From a virus: a stretch of DNA of 64,000 nucleotides. Below are positions 9,069 through 18,324 of this stretch, piece by piece (positions within the stretch are counted from its first letter, which is position 1; each line of letters starts with the position of its first letter). The notes under the pieces were generated by a model. It made no database searches. It was not told where the DNA came from and saw only the letters and a program-made list of their open reading frames with translations. The DNA is taken from positions 6,358 through 70,357 of IMG/VR virus record IMGVR_UViG_3300046692_000069; one strand, 5' to 3'. Both the position numbers and the translations under genes were made by a program.

Positions 9069-9398
9069 ATGGACGCACGCATTGGCAAGCTGAACAGCGG
9101 CAAGTTCTACGCATTCGTGAGTGGCTACGACAAGCCAGCAACCTACGGCACGCTTGAGCAGGTAGAGATTGCATTGGGCCTGCGCAAGGCATCCCCAAAG
9201 GCCAAGACGCTGCGCAGCTACGAAGTCACCGTTACGCCCGCTATCGTCGTCTACGCTGGCGCATGGAAGGGCGACTCCTACACGGTGGACGTATCGGCCT
9301 ACACGGCAGCGGATGCCATTAAGCAGGCTCGCGCAAAGCGCCGCGAGGAAGATGGTCGCTTTGCGGTTCCTGCCGCATACAAGGCCTCGCGAAAATAA
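9069..9398 (+). CDS. hypothetical early protein
   Basis: Promoter at 9013, GGGGA RBS. Confidence 0.7.
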   Translation: MDARIGKLNSGKFYAFVSGYDKPATYGTLEQVEIALGLRKASPKAKTLRSYEVTVTPAIVVYAGAWKGDSYTVDVSAYTAADAIKQARAKRREEDGRFAVPAAYKASRK

Positions 9399-9478
9399 TT
9401 CAGGTCTCGTGCATTTTCCGCTTTACAGCGTCTCCGATTTGGTGCTAAACATTGGTCATCGAAACGGAGACGACGAAC

Positions 9479-9625
9479 ATGACGCACTTCATTACAGCAC
9501 TTACGAACGACAAAGCTCAGCTTATTGTTAGCGAGACGCAGACGACGGATGTGCAGCTGTGCACGATCATTGTGCACAACCTCAAGACTCGCGGCTACAT
9601 CGTCCGCGTAAAGACGGAGAGCTGA
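9479..9625 (+). CDS. 48-aa hypothetical early protein (not in ORF track)
   Basis: MTHFITALTNDKAQL...RVKTES; promoter at 9422, CGGAGA RBS. Confidence 0.6.
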   Translation: MTHFITALTNDKAQLIVSETQTTDVQLCTIIVHNLKTRGYIVRVKTES

Positions 9626-9626
9626 C

Positions 9627-9848
9627 ATGTTCTACGCACTCGACTTCAAAGGCCGCAATAACCTTCTCGCTCAAGAGATCCCATCCGCTGTTGGCATGCG
9701 CGGTTTCTACATCCATGAGCTTGGTGGCGAGTATGACTTTCGTGACTTCGAATACCGCATTGCTAAGGGTGAGGCGCGGGAAGTGACGTTTGTCGGACGT
9801 CGGCTTGATGAGATAGTGAAGTACAGGGCGCTATTAGCAGCGGCCTAG
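9627..9848 (+). CDS. hypothetical protein
   Basis: GGAGAG RBS. Confidence 0.65.
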   Translation: MFYALDFKGRNNLLAQEIPSAVGMRGFYIHELGGEYDFRDFEYRIAKGEAREVTFVGRRLDEIVKYRALLAAA

Positions 9849-9952
9849 CCCGTCGCAAAACTATTTTCCATTACCCGGCATTTTGTCGGGTTTTTGTCGT
9901 TGACATGTTCTACAAATACTCCTAAGGTGTATTCATCAACAAGGAGACGGAC

Positions 9953-10237
9953 ATGGCCAAGGTACACCTCAGAGCAAACAAGCTGATTGACGAAAACACG
10001 CGCCCTCGCGCCGTATGCGCTACCCGTCCGGGCAGCAACGGCAAAGTACTCAACAATGGACGCGCCTCTTATCGCTTCATGGCTTCCGAGATTGTTGGTC
10101 GCCCTGAATTCGCTAAGGTAGCGCCTGCCGACAGATGCGCACACTGCCTTGATACCGGCCTCGTAATGCGCAACATCGTTCGCAAGCAAAAGGGATTGCC
10201 GCCGCTGGAAAGCCTGTTCTCTGATCTGGAAGCATAA
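9953..10237 (+). CDS. hypothetical early protein (HL..C..CxxC)
   Basis: Promoter at 9900, AAGGAGA RBS. Confidence 0.7.
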   Translation: MAKVHLRANKLIDENTRPRAVCATRPGSNGKVLNNGRASYRFMASEIVGRPEFAKVAPADRCAHCLDTGLVMRNIVRKQKGLPPLESLFSDLEA

Positions 10238-10279
10238 CAACCAACTGGGCGCGAATGCCCATCATCAAGGGATACGGAA

Positions 10280-10615
10280 ATGGCAAATCAACAATCAGAC
10301 ATTTACAACGCATACGTCGAACGCACTGAGCGCAATAACGTTAATCCCGGCCCCTGCATCAAGGGCGACGCGGTGTTCGTTGAGCTTCGCGCGAACATTG
10401 CTGACTTCGACTTTAGCAAGCCGTACAGCTATACAACTAACTATTGGGACAACGACTCGCGCACGAAGGTGTTCAAGTTTGACGATGGCAGGATTGCCGA
10501 GTACGCGACCGACAACAGCTACTTTCGCACGCCCTTGCTTGTGATATTTGAGCAGGAAGAGGACTGGTCAAACTACCAGCGCGCTATGGGCATGTTCCAT
10601 TATCTCTACACGTAA
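10280..10615 (+). CDS. hypothetical protein
   Basis: ORF followed by terminator. Confidence 0.7.
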   Translation: MANQQSDIYNAYVERTERNNVNPGPCIKGDAVFVELRANIADFDFSKPYSYTTNYWDNDSRTKVFKFDDGRIAEYATDNSYFRTPLLVIFEQEEDWSNYQRAMGMFHYLYT

Positions 10616-10621
10616 TGCCCT

Positions 10622-10649
10622 AGGCTCGCTCACGCGGGCCTTTTCTTTT
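10622..10649 (+). terminator. Rho-independent terminator
   Basis: AGGCTCGC-TCAC-GCGGGCCT-TTTCTTTT. Confidence 0.8.
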
Positions 10650-10844
10650 GCGGCCCCATTGACCATCACCCACACACGCGCTATCTAGTATACGTTGCCA
10701 CCCCGGCAACGGCCCCGCGACTAAGGCCCTGACGTCTCGTAAACGTTGGGGCCTATTTGCGTTTAGGCATCCACATTCCCATCCCTATACACCTACCGCC
10801 ATACAGCCCCATAGACGCGCTCTGTGGCGTGGCTGATGTGGTTG

Positions 10845-11170
10845 CCTATCCATGTGTGCCCGTGCCCGTGTGCGAGGCGCTGTGTGCGCAGACCTATCCA
10901 TGCCCACCCATCCCCTATCTATCGGCCGCGCGCCTACCCATGCTCATGGGTCCATGCGCCTATGCCCCGTGCATGGCCGTGGGTGGGCGTTGTGGTGTGG
11001 TCGCGCCATCGGTCGCGGTGATCGGGGATGGCGCCCTATAGCCCCTCTGTGTGGTCGTGTGGGGCCGTCCATGCCCGTGCCTATGGCTGGCGCATCGAGT
11101 CGACACATCCATGCCAATCCACAGCGATTCGGGCATCAGACCCGCCCCACCCATCGTACCATGCCCCTCG
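10845..11170. repeat. degenerate CCATG(C/T) repeat tract upstream of the packaging region
   Basis: CCATGY at 10850, 10898, 10938, 10952, 11069, 11109, 11159, often as CCTATCCATG or CCATGCCC. Confidence 0.5.
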
Positions 11171-11284
11171 AGTCGAGTCAATAGGTCGAAAAAGGAAAAT
11201 ATTTTCGTTTTTTCTCGAAAAAAGGTCATTTATTCCCGATTTATGGGTTGACACGCAAAACGAATCGTGATAGACTGGAAGGTT

Positions 11285-11370
11285 GCCCTAGGGGGGGGAT
11301 TCGAAGGTTTGGGGCTTTTTTGCCATCGGGTACCGGCGGGGGGCCTTCGTACACGCATCTGCTTTTTAAA
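11285..11370. other. putative cos/packaging site
   Basis: G-run, then GGGTACCGGCGGGGGGCC, then an AT-rich tract immediately upstream of terS; layout typical of HK97-like cos phages. Confidence 0.45.
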
Positions 11371-11495
11371 ATATAGGGGTTTGTATTAAAATATTTAAAT
11401 TTTTTAAATTATTTGCATATATATTAGTATTATATTCGCATATTGACATGACGGCCCCTATGGTAATATCTGGAGTACGAAAGGAGCTTCGTATT

Positions 11496-11891
11496 ATGGC
11501 AAGACCGCGTAAACCTCTAGCTTTGGCAAAGATTGAGGGGCGGGACAAGGTGAACGCAGGCCGGTTTAGAGGACGCAATGAGCCATCCGTAAACACGCCC
11601 GTAGGCGACCCCCCACCCTACATCATGGATACAGAGGAAAACAAGGCTCGAAGCGCATGGTACGAATACGCCATGGAACTTCCATGGTTAAACGCTTCTC
11701 ATAGGTCGCTCCTTGAGATGGCGTCGCTCATACGTGGTGAAGTGATGGCGGGCAGGCTACCCGGTATCCAGCGCTTAAACCTACTAAGGCAATGCTTAGG
11801 CTCCATGGGAGCAACCCCCGCAGATGCGTCCAAAGTAGGCGCGGGTGGAAATGACGACAACAAAGATCCGGAAGACGCATTTTTTGAATGA
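11496..11891 (+). CDS. terS: terminase small subunit (P27-like)
   Basis: MARPRKP..K..G..PP..L..AW..LPWL..MGATPADASKV; directly upstream of terL. Confidence 0.85.
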   Translation: MARPRKPLALAKIEGRDKVNAGRFRGRNEPSVNTPVGDPPPYIMDTEENKARSAWYEYAMELPWLNASHRSLLEMASLIRGEVMAGRLPGIQRLNLLRQCLGSMGATPADASKVGAGGNDDNKDPEDAFFE

Positions 11892-11897
11892 TGGGAG

Positions 11898-14081
11898 TTG
11901 ACAGTGGTAGATAAGCAGATAGAAGATACGGAAAACCCATCCATTGAAATTGCGGCGAAGACTCGTACGAAAAAACAACCCGCAACCGCACAGACGAAGG
12001 AGAAGACGGCTAATGTTAAATCGCGCCGCACAAGCCGCAAAGGAAGCGGCGGGAAGACAGGAGAGACGAAACGAACTGTTCGCAATGGATCGAGCGCTAG
12101 AGTGTCAGTGGAAGGGAAGGTTGCTGAGCAACCGATTCGGAAGCTCAACGCATTGGAGCGCGCTACTGCCTATGCGGATGCGGTACTGGCTGGCGACATC
12201 ATTGCCGGCCCTCATGTGCGAAACGCTTGTCGTCGGTTCCATGATGACCTTGCTCATGGCCGGGAACGCGGTATCTACTTTAACGTAGAGAAGGCCCAAC
12301 GGGTATTTGACTTCTTTGAGCAGATGCTTAAGCTTTCTGACGGTCAATTTGAAGGAAAGCCGCTAATACTTGCGCCATCTCAGGCGTTTAAGATCGCCAA
12401 TCTTTTCGGATTTATGCAGGTTCCAAAGGATGCCGATGGTAATTTCGTGTGGGAACCGGGAAGGCGCGCGGCGCTAGGATTGTTTGAACGCAGGCGGTTC
12501 AGGCGCGCCTATATTGAAGAAGGCAAAGGCAACGGTAAGTCCCCGCTCGCTGGCGGTATTGGTCTTTATGGGCTAATGGGTGACGGCGAAGGAAGTTCGC
12601 AGATCTACGCGGCGGCCGCCAAGAAGGATCAGGCGAACATTCTATTCCATGATGCCTGCAAGATGGTGCGGGCCGCACCATCACTGTTGAAGCGCATCAA
12701 GTTTTCCGGCTCTCCCGGCAAAGAGCACAATATGGCATTCCTCCGAAAGGGAGCGTTCTTTCGACCTATCTCGCGCGAGGCGGGGAAATCTGGCTCTGGG
12801 CCCCGCCCTCTTTTTGCGCTCTGCGATGAAGTGCACGAACATCCCGACCGCACCATTATGGAAATGCTAGAGCGTGGCTTTAAGTTTCGTGTATCACCCC
12901 TCCTGCTGATGATCACGAATAGCGGGACGGATAAGCAATCAATTTGCTGGGAAGAGCATGAGTGGGCGTGCAAGGTTGCGGCGGGAACCAAGACGCCAGA
13001 TGAGAATTTTACTTACACGGGAGAGCCAATTGACGACGTTACCTTCAGCTACGTTTGCGCTCTTGATATTGGGGATGATCCCCTCACGGATAGCTCTTGC
13101 TGGGTAAAAGCAAATCCAATGCTTAACATCATCCTTAGCGAGGAATACCTTGCGGGGGTTGTTAAGCAGGCTGTAGACATGCCAGGTAAGCGCAATGGCA
13201 TTCTTCGTCTTCACTTTTGCGTCTGGACGGATTCCGTCGATGCGTGGATGGGTAAGGAGATCGTTGATAGGGCGATGGAGCATTTCGACCCTTACGAGAT
13301 CCACAAGGAGAAGGAAGTTGCGGCCTCTATCGACTTGTCAGCTAGTCGAGATTTGACGGCAGCGGCTTTTGTCGTTGAAACTGGAGAGGTTGAAGTAGAG
13401 CGGCAACTGCAAGATGGCAGCGTAGAAATTAAGACGCTGCCGACGTATGATGCATGGATAGAGGCATGGACTCCGAAAGACACAATGGTCAAGCGAGAGT
13501 CTGAGGACCATCAGCCGTACTTGTTTTGGTCGCAAACCAATCACGTAGGATCTGAAAACCAGCCATATCTAAGGGCGCTGCCGGGTGAGCGAATTCGACA
13601 TGATTATCTTGCTGGATTCTTTCAGGACGTTGATTCAAAATTTAAGATACTAGGTATCGCATATGACAGATACCAATACGACAAGTTCCGTGAGGAGTGT
13701 GATGACAGGGGTCTTGACTTGCGCCACGTCGCCCATCCGCAGGGCGGGAAGTTTAGGGCGAAGCCGGACCCAATCGAAGTTGAGGCTGCGAAGGCGAATA
13801 AAGAAGAGCCGCCGCTTGGCCTCTGGATGCCCGGAAGTATCAAGGCGCTAGAGGATGCGTTTACGGACGGACGAATTAGACTTAGATTTAGCCCGGTTCT
13901 TATGTCGGCGCTAATGGGTGCGACGCTTTCGCCTCCCGATGACCATGGAAATAAGTGGTTCATCAAATCGAAAGCAACCGTCCGTATCGACCCGGCTGTG
14001 GCTTTGGCTATGGCGTTCGGGTTGATGCAGGACAAGCCACGGAAGAAGAAGCCTAAACAATTTCAGCTCATGGTTTTTTGA
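11898..14081 (+). CDS. terL: terminase large subunit (Terminase_1, HK97/cos type)
   Basis: Walker A GKGNGKS, Walker B LCDEVHEH, WVKANP, nuclease DLSASRDLTA, YDRY, IDPAVAL; start may be GTG at 11904. Confidence 0.95.
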   Translation: MTVVDKQIEDTENPSIEIAAKTRTKKQPATAQTKEKTANVKSRRTSRKGSGGKTGETKRTVRNGSSARVSVEGKVAEQPIRKLNALERATAYADAVLAGDIIAGPHVRNACRRFHDDLAHGRERGIYFNVEKAQRVFDFFEQMLKLSDGQFEGKPLILAPSQAFKIANLFGFMQVPKDADGNFVWEPGRRAALGLFERRRFRRAYIEEGKGNGKSPLAGGIGLYGLMGDGEGSSQIYAAAAKKDQANILFHDACKMVRAAPSLLKRIKFSGSPGKEHNMAFLRKGAFFRPISREAGKSGSGPRPLFALCDEVHEHPDRTIMEMLERGFKFRVSPLLLMITNSGTDKQSICWEEHEWACKVAAGTKTPDENFTYTGEPIDDVTFSYVCALDIGDDPLTDSSCWVKANPMLNIILSEEYLAGVVKQAVDMPGKRNGILRLHFCVWTDSVDAWMGKEIVDRAMEHFDPYEIHKEKEVAASIDLSASRDLTAAAFVVETGEVEVERQLQDGSVEIKTLPTYDAWIEAWTPKDTMVKRESEDHQPYLFWSQTNHVGSENQPYLRALPGERIRHDYLAGFFQDVDSKFKILGIAYDRYQYDKFREECDDRGLDLRHVAHPQGGKFRAKPDPIEVEAAKANKEEPPLGLWMPGSIKALEDAFTDGRIRLRFSPVLMSALMGATLSPPDDHGNKWFIKSKATVRIDPAVALAMAFGLMQDKPRKKKPKQFQLMVF

Positions 14082-14173
14082 TCTGGGTAGAGTTGATAAG
14101 AAAGACGACAAGTTTAGATATAGTTGCTGGGTAGGGTTATCCTTAGCCAGCGCCCGATAAGAAAGGGTTTTGA

Positions 14174-16144
14174 ATGGAAAACAGAATTGCGTTTTCCTTT
14201 CTTAGCGTTGATAAGGCCATTGATACAATCGGCAACGAACGTATCATCAGCGGCATGGCAACGACCCCGACCCCTGATAGGGTTGGCGACATTGTTGAGC
14301 CGTTGGGCGTGATCTTCAAGAATCCTCTTCCGCTGCTTTTGTGGCATGATCATTCCGCCCCAGTCGGTACGGTCGTATTCGGTAAGCCTACAGAGAACGG
14401 TATTCCGTACACTGCTAAGCTTCCCGTAGTTCAGGAAGAAGGAAAATTAAAAGATCGCGTTGATGAGGCTTGGCAGAGCGTTAAGTTAGGTCTTGTACGG
14501 GCTGTATCGATTGGCTTCAGGCCGTTGAAATACAGCATCATCGACGGCGGCGGTTTGCAGTTTACGTCAACCGAAGTTTTCGAGCTTTCGCTTGTAACCG
14601 TTCCGGCAAATGTTGAGGCGACGATTGACTTTGTTAAGTCTCTCGACAACGAAGCAAGAGCAAAGGCATCGGCCAAGAGCAAAACAAAGGCGGCGCCTGC
14701 CGTGGTCAATAAGACCGTAAAGGGTGGCGTTAGCATCATCAATGTCAAAAAGGAGACAAGCTTGGATTTTCTCGAAACCATCAAGAATTTCAAGGACACC
14801 ATCACCGCAAAGAACGCTCGTCTTGACGAACTGCTTGCCAAGTCCACCGAAGCAACGCTTTCCGTTGAAGAAGGCGAAGAGCACGACGGCCTGATTACGG
14901 AAATCGGCGAAATCGAAAAGCACATTGAGCGTCTCGAAGCCGGCGCCGCTCGCGCCAAGGCCGCTGCCATTCCCGTCAATGGCAATACCGCCAAGTCCGG
15001 CACTGAAGCCCGTCAGGGCAAGGTTGCTGCTACTGCCAAGGCTGGCCAGCTTGAAAAGGGCATCAGCTTTGCGCAATGGACCATCGCGATTGCAATGGGT
15101 AAGGGCAACATCAACGCTGCTCAGTCCATCGCCGCAAACCGCTTCCCGAACAACGAAGAGCTGAACGGCGCCATGAAGGCCGCTGTTTCGGCCGGCACCA
15201 CGACCGACCCAACTTGGGCCGCTCCTCTGGTCGACACCTACCAGCGCTTTGCCGGTGACTTCGTTGAGTTCCTGCGTCCGGCCACCATCATCGGCAAGTT
15301 TGGTACGAACGGCATCCCGTCGCTCCGCGCCATTCCGTTCAACGTCTCGATTGCTGGTCAGACCTCTGGCGGTTCCGCTCAGTGGGTTGGTGAAGGTCAG
15401 GCAAAGCCACTCACGAAGTTCGATTTCAATCTTACCAATCTCCGTTGGGCCAAGGTTGCGACGATTTCGGTTCTGACTGAAGAGCTGATCCGCTTCTCCA
15501 ATCCGGCCGCTGAAGCGCTTGTTCGTGACTCGCTCCGTGATGCTATCGTGGCTCGCCTCGATATCGACTTTGTCGACCCCGCCAAGGCAGCCGTTACCGA
15601 CGTGTCCCCGGCCTCGATCACCAACGGCGTTGTGCCGATTGCGTCTTCGGGTGTTGATGCCAATGCTGTCCGCGCAGACGTTAAGGCAATCTTCACGGCC
15701 TTCATCAATGCCGGCAAGTCGCCTACTCAGGGCGTCTGGATTATGTCTGAAGTTACGGCCCTCTCGCTGTCGCTGATGCAGAATCCGCTTGGTCAGCCAG
15801 AGTTTGCCGGCGTCACCGTTACCGGTGGCACGTTCCACGGGCTCCCGGTCATTACGTCGCAGTACATCGGCAACGACATCGTTGTTCTGGCTGATGCGTC
15901 GGAAATCTACCTTGCCGACGACGGTCAGGTTGCGGTTGACGTTTCCCGTGAAGCCTCGCTTCAGATGGACTCGGCTCCGACCGGCAACTCCGGTACGCCG
16001 ACCGCTGCGAACCTCGTTTCGCTGTGGCAGACCAACAGCGTGGCCATCCGTGCCGAGCGTTGGATCAACTGGCAGAAGCGCCGCGCATTCGCGGTTCAGG
16101 TTCTGTCCGGTGTCAACTGGGGCGCTGTCGCTATCGGCTCGTAA
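14174..16144 (+). CDS. prohead protease-major capsid protein fusion (HK97 fold)
   Basis: Protease motifs DRVGDIV, LLWHDH, SIGF, ELSLVTVPAN; capsid motifs WVGEGQAKP, GLPVITS, LWQTNSVAIRAE. Confidence 0.95.
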   Translation: MENRIAFSFLSVDKAIDTIGNERIISGMATTPTPDRVGDIVEPLGVIFKNPLPLLLWHDHSAPVGTVVFGKPTENGIPYTAKLPVVQEEGKLKDRVDEAWQSVKLGLVRAVSIGFRPLKYSIIDGGGLQFTSTEVFELSLVTVPANVEATIDFVKSLDNEARAKASAKSKTKAAPAVVNKTVKGGVSIINVKKETSLDFLETIKNFKDTITAKNARLDELLAKSTEATLSVEEGEEHDGLITEIGEIEKHIERLEAGAARAKAAAIPVNGNTAKSGTEARQGKVAATAKAGQLEKGISFAQWTIAIAMGKGNINAAQSIAANRFPNNEELNGAMKAAVSAGTTTDPTWAAPLVDTYQRFAGDFVEFLRPATIIGKFGTNGIPSLRAIPFNVSIAGQTSGGSAQWVGEGQAKPLTKFDFNLTNLRWAKVATISVLTEELIRFSNPAAEALVRDSLRDAIVARLDIDFVDPAKAAVTDVSPASITNGVVPIASSGVDANAVRADVKAIFTAFINAGKSPTQGVWIMSEVTALSLSLMQNPLGQPEFAGVTVTGGTFHGLPVITSQYIGNDIVVLADASEIYLADDGQVAVDVSREASLQMDSAPTGNSGTPTAANLVSLWQTNSVAIRAERWINWQKRRAFAVQVLSGVNWGAVAIGS

Positions 16145-16165
16145 TATCTAGCCGGTAAAGTCGCA

Positions 16166-16194
16166 TTGACTTAAAGGGCTGGGAGCTGTAATAT
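16166..16194 (+). promoter_or_regulatory. putative promoter for the glycosyltransferase genes, overlapping the capsid terminator
   Basis: TTGACT-N17-TAATAT. Confidence 0.5.
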
Positions 16195-16212
16195 GCTCTC
16201 AGCCCTTTTTTT
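16173..16212 (+). terminator. Rho-independent terminator after the capsid gene
   Basis: AAAGGGCTGGGAGC-TGTAATAT-GCTCTCAGCCCTTT followed by further Ts. Confidence 0.8.
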
Positions 16213-16228
16213 ATTAACGGAGGTATGC

Positions 16229-17698
16229 TTGGCTAAGGTTATTATTGACGGCGTTGAATACGCGCCCGTTTCCAGCGTGTCGGCGGCCAAGATTGGCATT
16301 GTGATAACTACGCATAATCGGCACGATGTACTTAAGCGTTCGCTAGAGCATCATCTCCAGCACCTTCCGACCGGCGCAGTTGTCTTCGTTGTTGACGACG
16401 GCTCCGCCGCTCCTGTGTCAGTTGACGACAGTCGAGTAACGGTCGTTCGCAACGAAAGGAGCATGGGAATCGTCTACTCTAAAAACAGGTCGTTGTCCCT
16501 ACTCATGGATGCGGGATGCGATCACCTTTTTCTGTGGGATGACGATGCGTACCCACTCACGAACGATTGGCATGTGCAATATGTCGAAAGCGGAGAGGCA
16601 CATCTCGCCTATCAGTTCCTAGATCTAGCCGGCCCTAGAAAGCTAAAGGACATTGCCGTCATTCATCGCGATTCGAAGCATGTTGCCTATACGGGTCAGC
16701 GCGGAGTTATGCTCTATTACAAGCGCCACGCCATCGATAAAGTTGGTGGTTTTGATTCGATATACGGACGCGGGATGTATGAGCATTCCGATTTGGCGAT
16801 GCGAATTTATCAGTCCGGCCTAAACTCTTGGGCTTTTGCTGATGTCGTCGGCTCAAATGAGCTTATCCACTCGATGGATGAGCACGAAGAGGTGGAGCGT
16901 TCTGTTGCCATGGGTGATCGTCAAGCCCTTGTGGATCGAAACGTTAAGGTGCACAACGCGCGGCGGGATAATGGTTATTCAGGTTATGCTCCTTATGACG
17001 TGAAGCCCAACGTCGTATTGACGTCTTTTCTTACGTGTCATCCCGATCCGCAACGTGGCATCCGCATGGAAGCAAAGGCTTCGATGCTGTCGGAGTGGTC
17101 AAGCAGCATTAAGGGCGCCGCTGCCATTGTGTTGGCTGATGAGCTTGACGAAAATCCGCCCTACGCATCCAGAGTAAAGGTTGACTCTCTGGAGGGAAAC
17201 GTATATTTCATTAGGTGGCTGCATGTGTACAATTGGCTCCGGAGCAATCCTAGCGTTGGCAAGGTGTTTGTCACCGATGGGACTGACGTTGTCATGCTTC
17301 GTGAGCCTTGGGAGCATATGACATCAGGTAGCCTATACGTCGGCTCAGAGGCCAAGACTCTCGATGACGCATGGATTACGTCTAATCACGCGGCATCGCA
17401 TTTGAAGGCGTTCCTAGAGGCCAATAAGGGCAAGACAATGCTGAATGCCGGCATCGTTGGCGGCGACAGAGAAGATGTCATGGCGTTCGCGCACGATATC
17501 ATCAAGGACTACTATTTCACCATATCGCGCCGGTTCTGGAAAACGGAGCCGCAGGGCAATGAGGTTGGGGACATGGCGACGTTTAATTACGTGGCCTATA
17601 CCAAGTGGGCCAATAAGATCATGACTGGTCCTCTAGTACATACCGTGTTTAAGACTGAGGGCGTAGGCAAGGAATATGCTTGGTTTCGCCACAAGTAA
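16229..17698 (+). CDS. two-domain glycosyltransferase (N-terminal GT2 plus second GT-A-like domain)
   Basis: IVITTHNR, VVDDGS, FLWDDD, VGGFD..Y..EHSDL; second domain VTDGTDV..LNAGIVGG..DMATFN; GGAGG RBS before TTG at 16229. Confidence 0.9.
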   Translation: MAKVIIDGVEYAPVSSVSAAKIGIVITTHNRHDVLKRSLEHHLQHLPTGAVVFVVDDGSAAPVSVDDSRVTVVRNERSMGIVYSKNRSLSLLMDAGCDHLFLWDDDAYPLTNDWHVQYVESGEAHLAYQFLDLAGPRKLKDIAVIHRDSKHVAYTGQRGVMLYYKRHAIDKVGGFDSIYGRGMYEHSDLAMRIYQSGLNSWAFADVVGSNELIHSMDEHEEVERSVAMGDRQALVDRNVKVHNARRDNGYSGYAPYDVKPNVVLTSFLTCHPDPQRGIRMEAKASMLSEWSSSIKGAAAIVLADELDENPPYASRVKVDSLEGNVYFIRWLHVYNWLRSNPSVGKVFVTDGTDVVMLREPWEHMTSGSLYVGSEAKTLDDAWITSNHAASHLKAFLEANKGKTMLNAGIVGGDREDVMAFAHDIIKDYYFTISRRFWKTEPQGNEVGDMATFNYVAYTKWANKIMTGPLVHTVFKTEGVGKEYAWFRHK

Positions 17699-17710
17699 AA
17701 GGATGAAGAC

Positions 17711-18313
17711 ATGAATACATTATATGCAGTCGTCGCCCATCATTCGCGCGAGAAACAAGCCCTAGAACTGTGTTGCGCTCTAGGCGCTGAGCTGTTTATG
17801 GACGGCGGCAACGGTGGCGCGCTGGCCAATCATCGGCGCGCTATCCAGTGGGCCGCAAAGCAACGTGAGCGCGTTGTGATTCTTGAGGATGATGCGCAGC
17901 CGGTTATTGGTTTTAAGTTCAAGGTTGACGAATGGTTAGAATGCTATCCGCATAACCTTATCAGCTTTTATCTAGGAACTGGCCGCCCGCCCCAATTTCA
18001 ACCGTTGATTAACGAATCGATATCGCTGGCTGACATAAGCGGCTCCAGCGTAATATATTTGCCGCAATTGTTGCACGGTGTTTGCTACTCCATCCCTCAA
18101 AGTTGGATAACTCACATCGCCGCGCAACTTCCAGAGCGTGGCGTTGCCGCTGATTACGCCATCGGCGACGCATGGCGCCGTGTTACTGGTGGCGTGGGCG
18201 TCGTTTATCCGATCAGGTCCCTTGTCGACCACGAAGACGGCCAAAGCGTGGAGCGACACCCTGATGGACAACCAAGAACAGAACGCCGCAAGGCTTGGCG
18301 GCTAGACAACTGA
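17711..18313 (+). CDS. glycosyltransferase (GT-A, GT25-like)
   Basis: NHRRA..VVILEDDA, HGVCYS, ADYAI, SLVDH. Confidence 0.8.
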   Translation: MNTLYAVVAHHSREKQALELCCALGAELFMDGGNGGALANHRRAIQWAAKQRERVVILEDDAQPVIGFKFKVDEWLECYPHNLISFYLGTGRPPQFQPLINESISLADISGSSVIYLPQLLHGVCYSIPQSWITHIAAQLPERGVAADYAIGDAWRRVTGGVGVVYPIRSLVDHEDGQSVERHPDGQPRTERRKAWRLDN

Positions 18314-18324
18314 AGGAGAAAAGT

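Noticed and set aside
10757-11270. Several overlapping Pro/Cys-rich ORFs
   Set aside because: Products of the low-complexity repeat tract; no RBS.
14567-15838. Long minus-strand ORFs (423 aa here; also 77-781, 35553-36242, 51103-51804)
   Set aside because: Antisense shadows of codon-biased + strand genes; no RBS or recognisable motifs.
16229-18313. GTs as serotype-conversion (gtrABC) or DNA glucosylation genes
   Set aside because: No membrane flippase/transferase partners, no TM segments and no hydroxymethylase recognised; position in the head operon favours virion modification, though DNA or LPS targets are not formally excluded.
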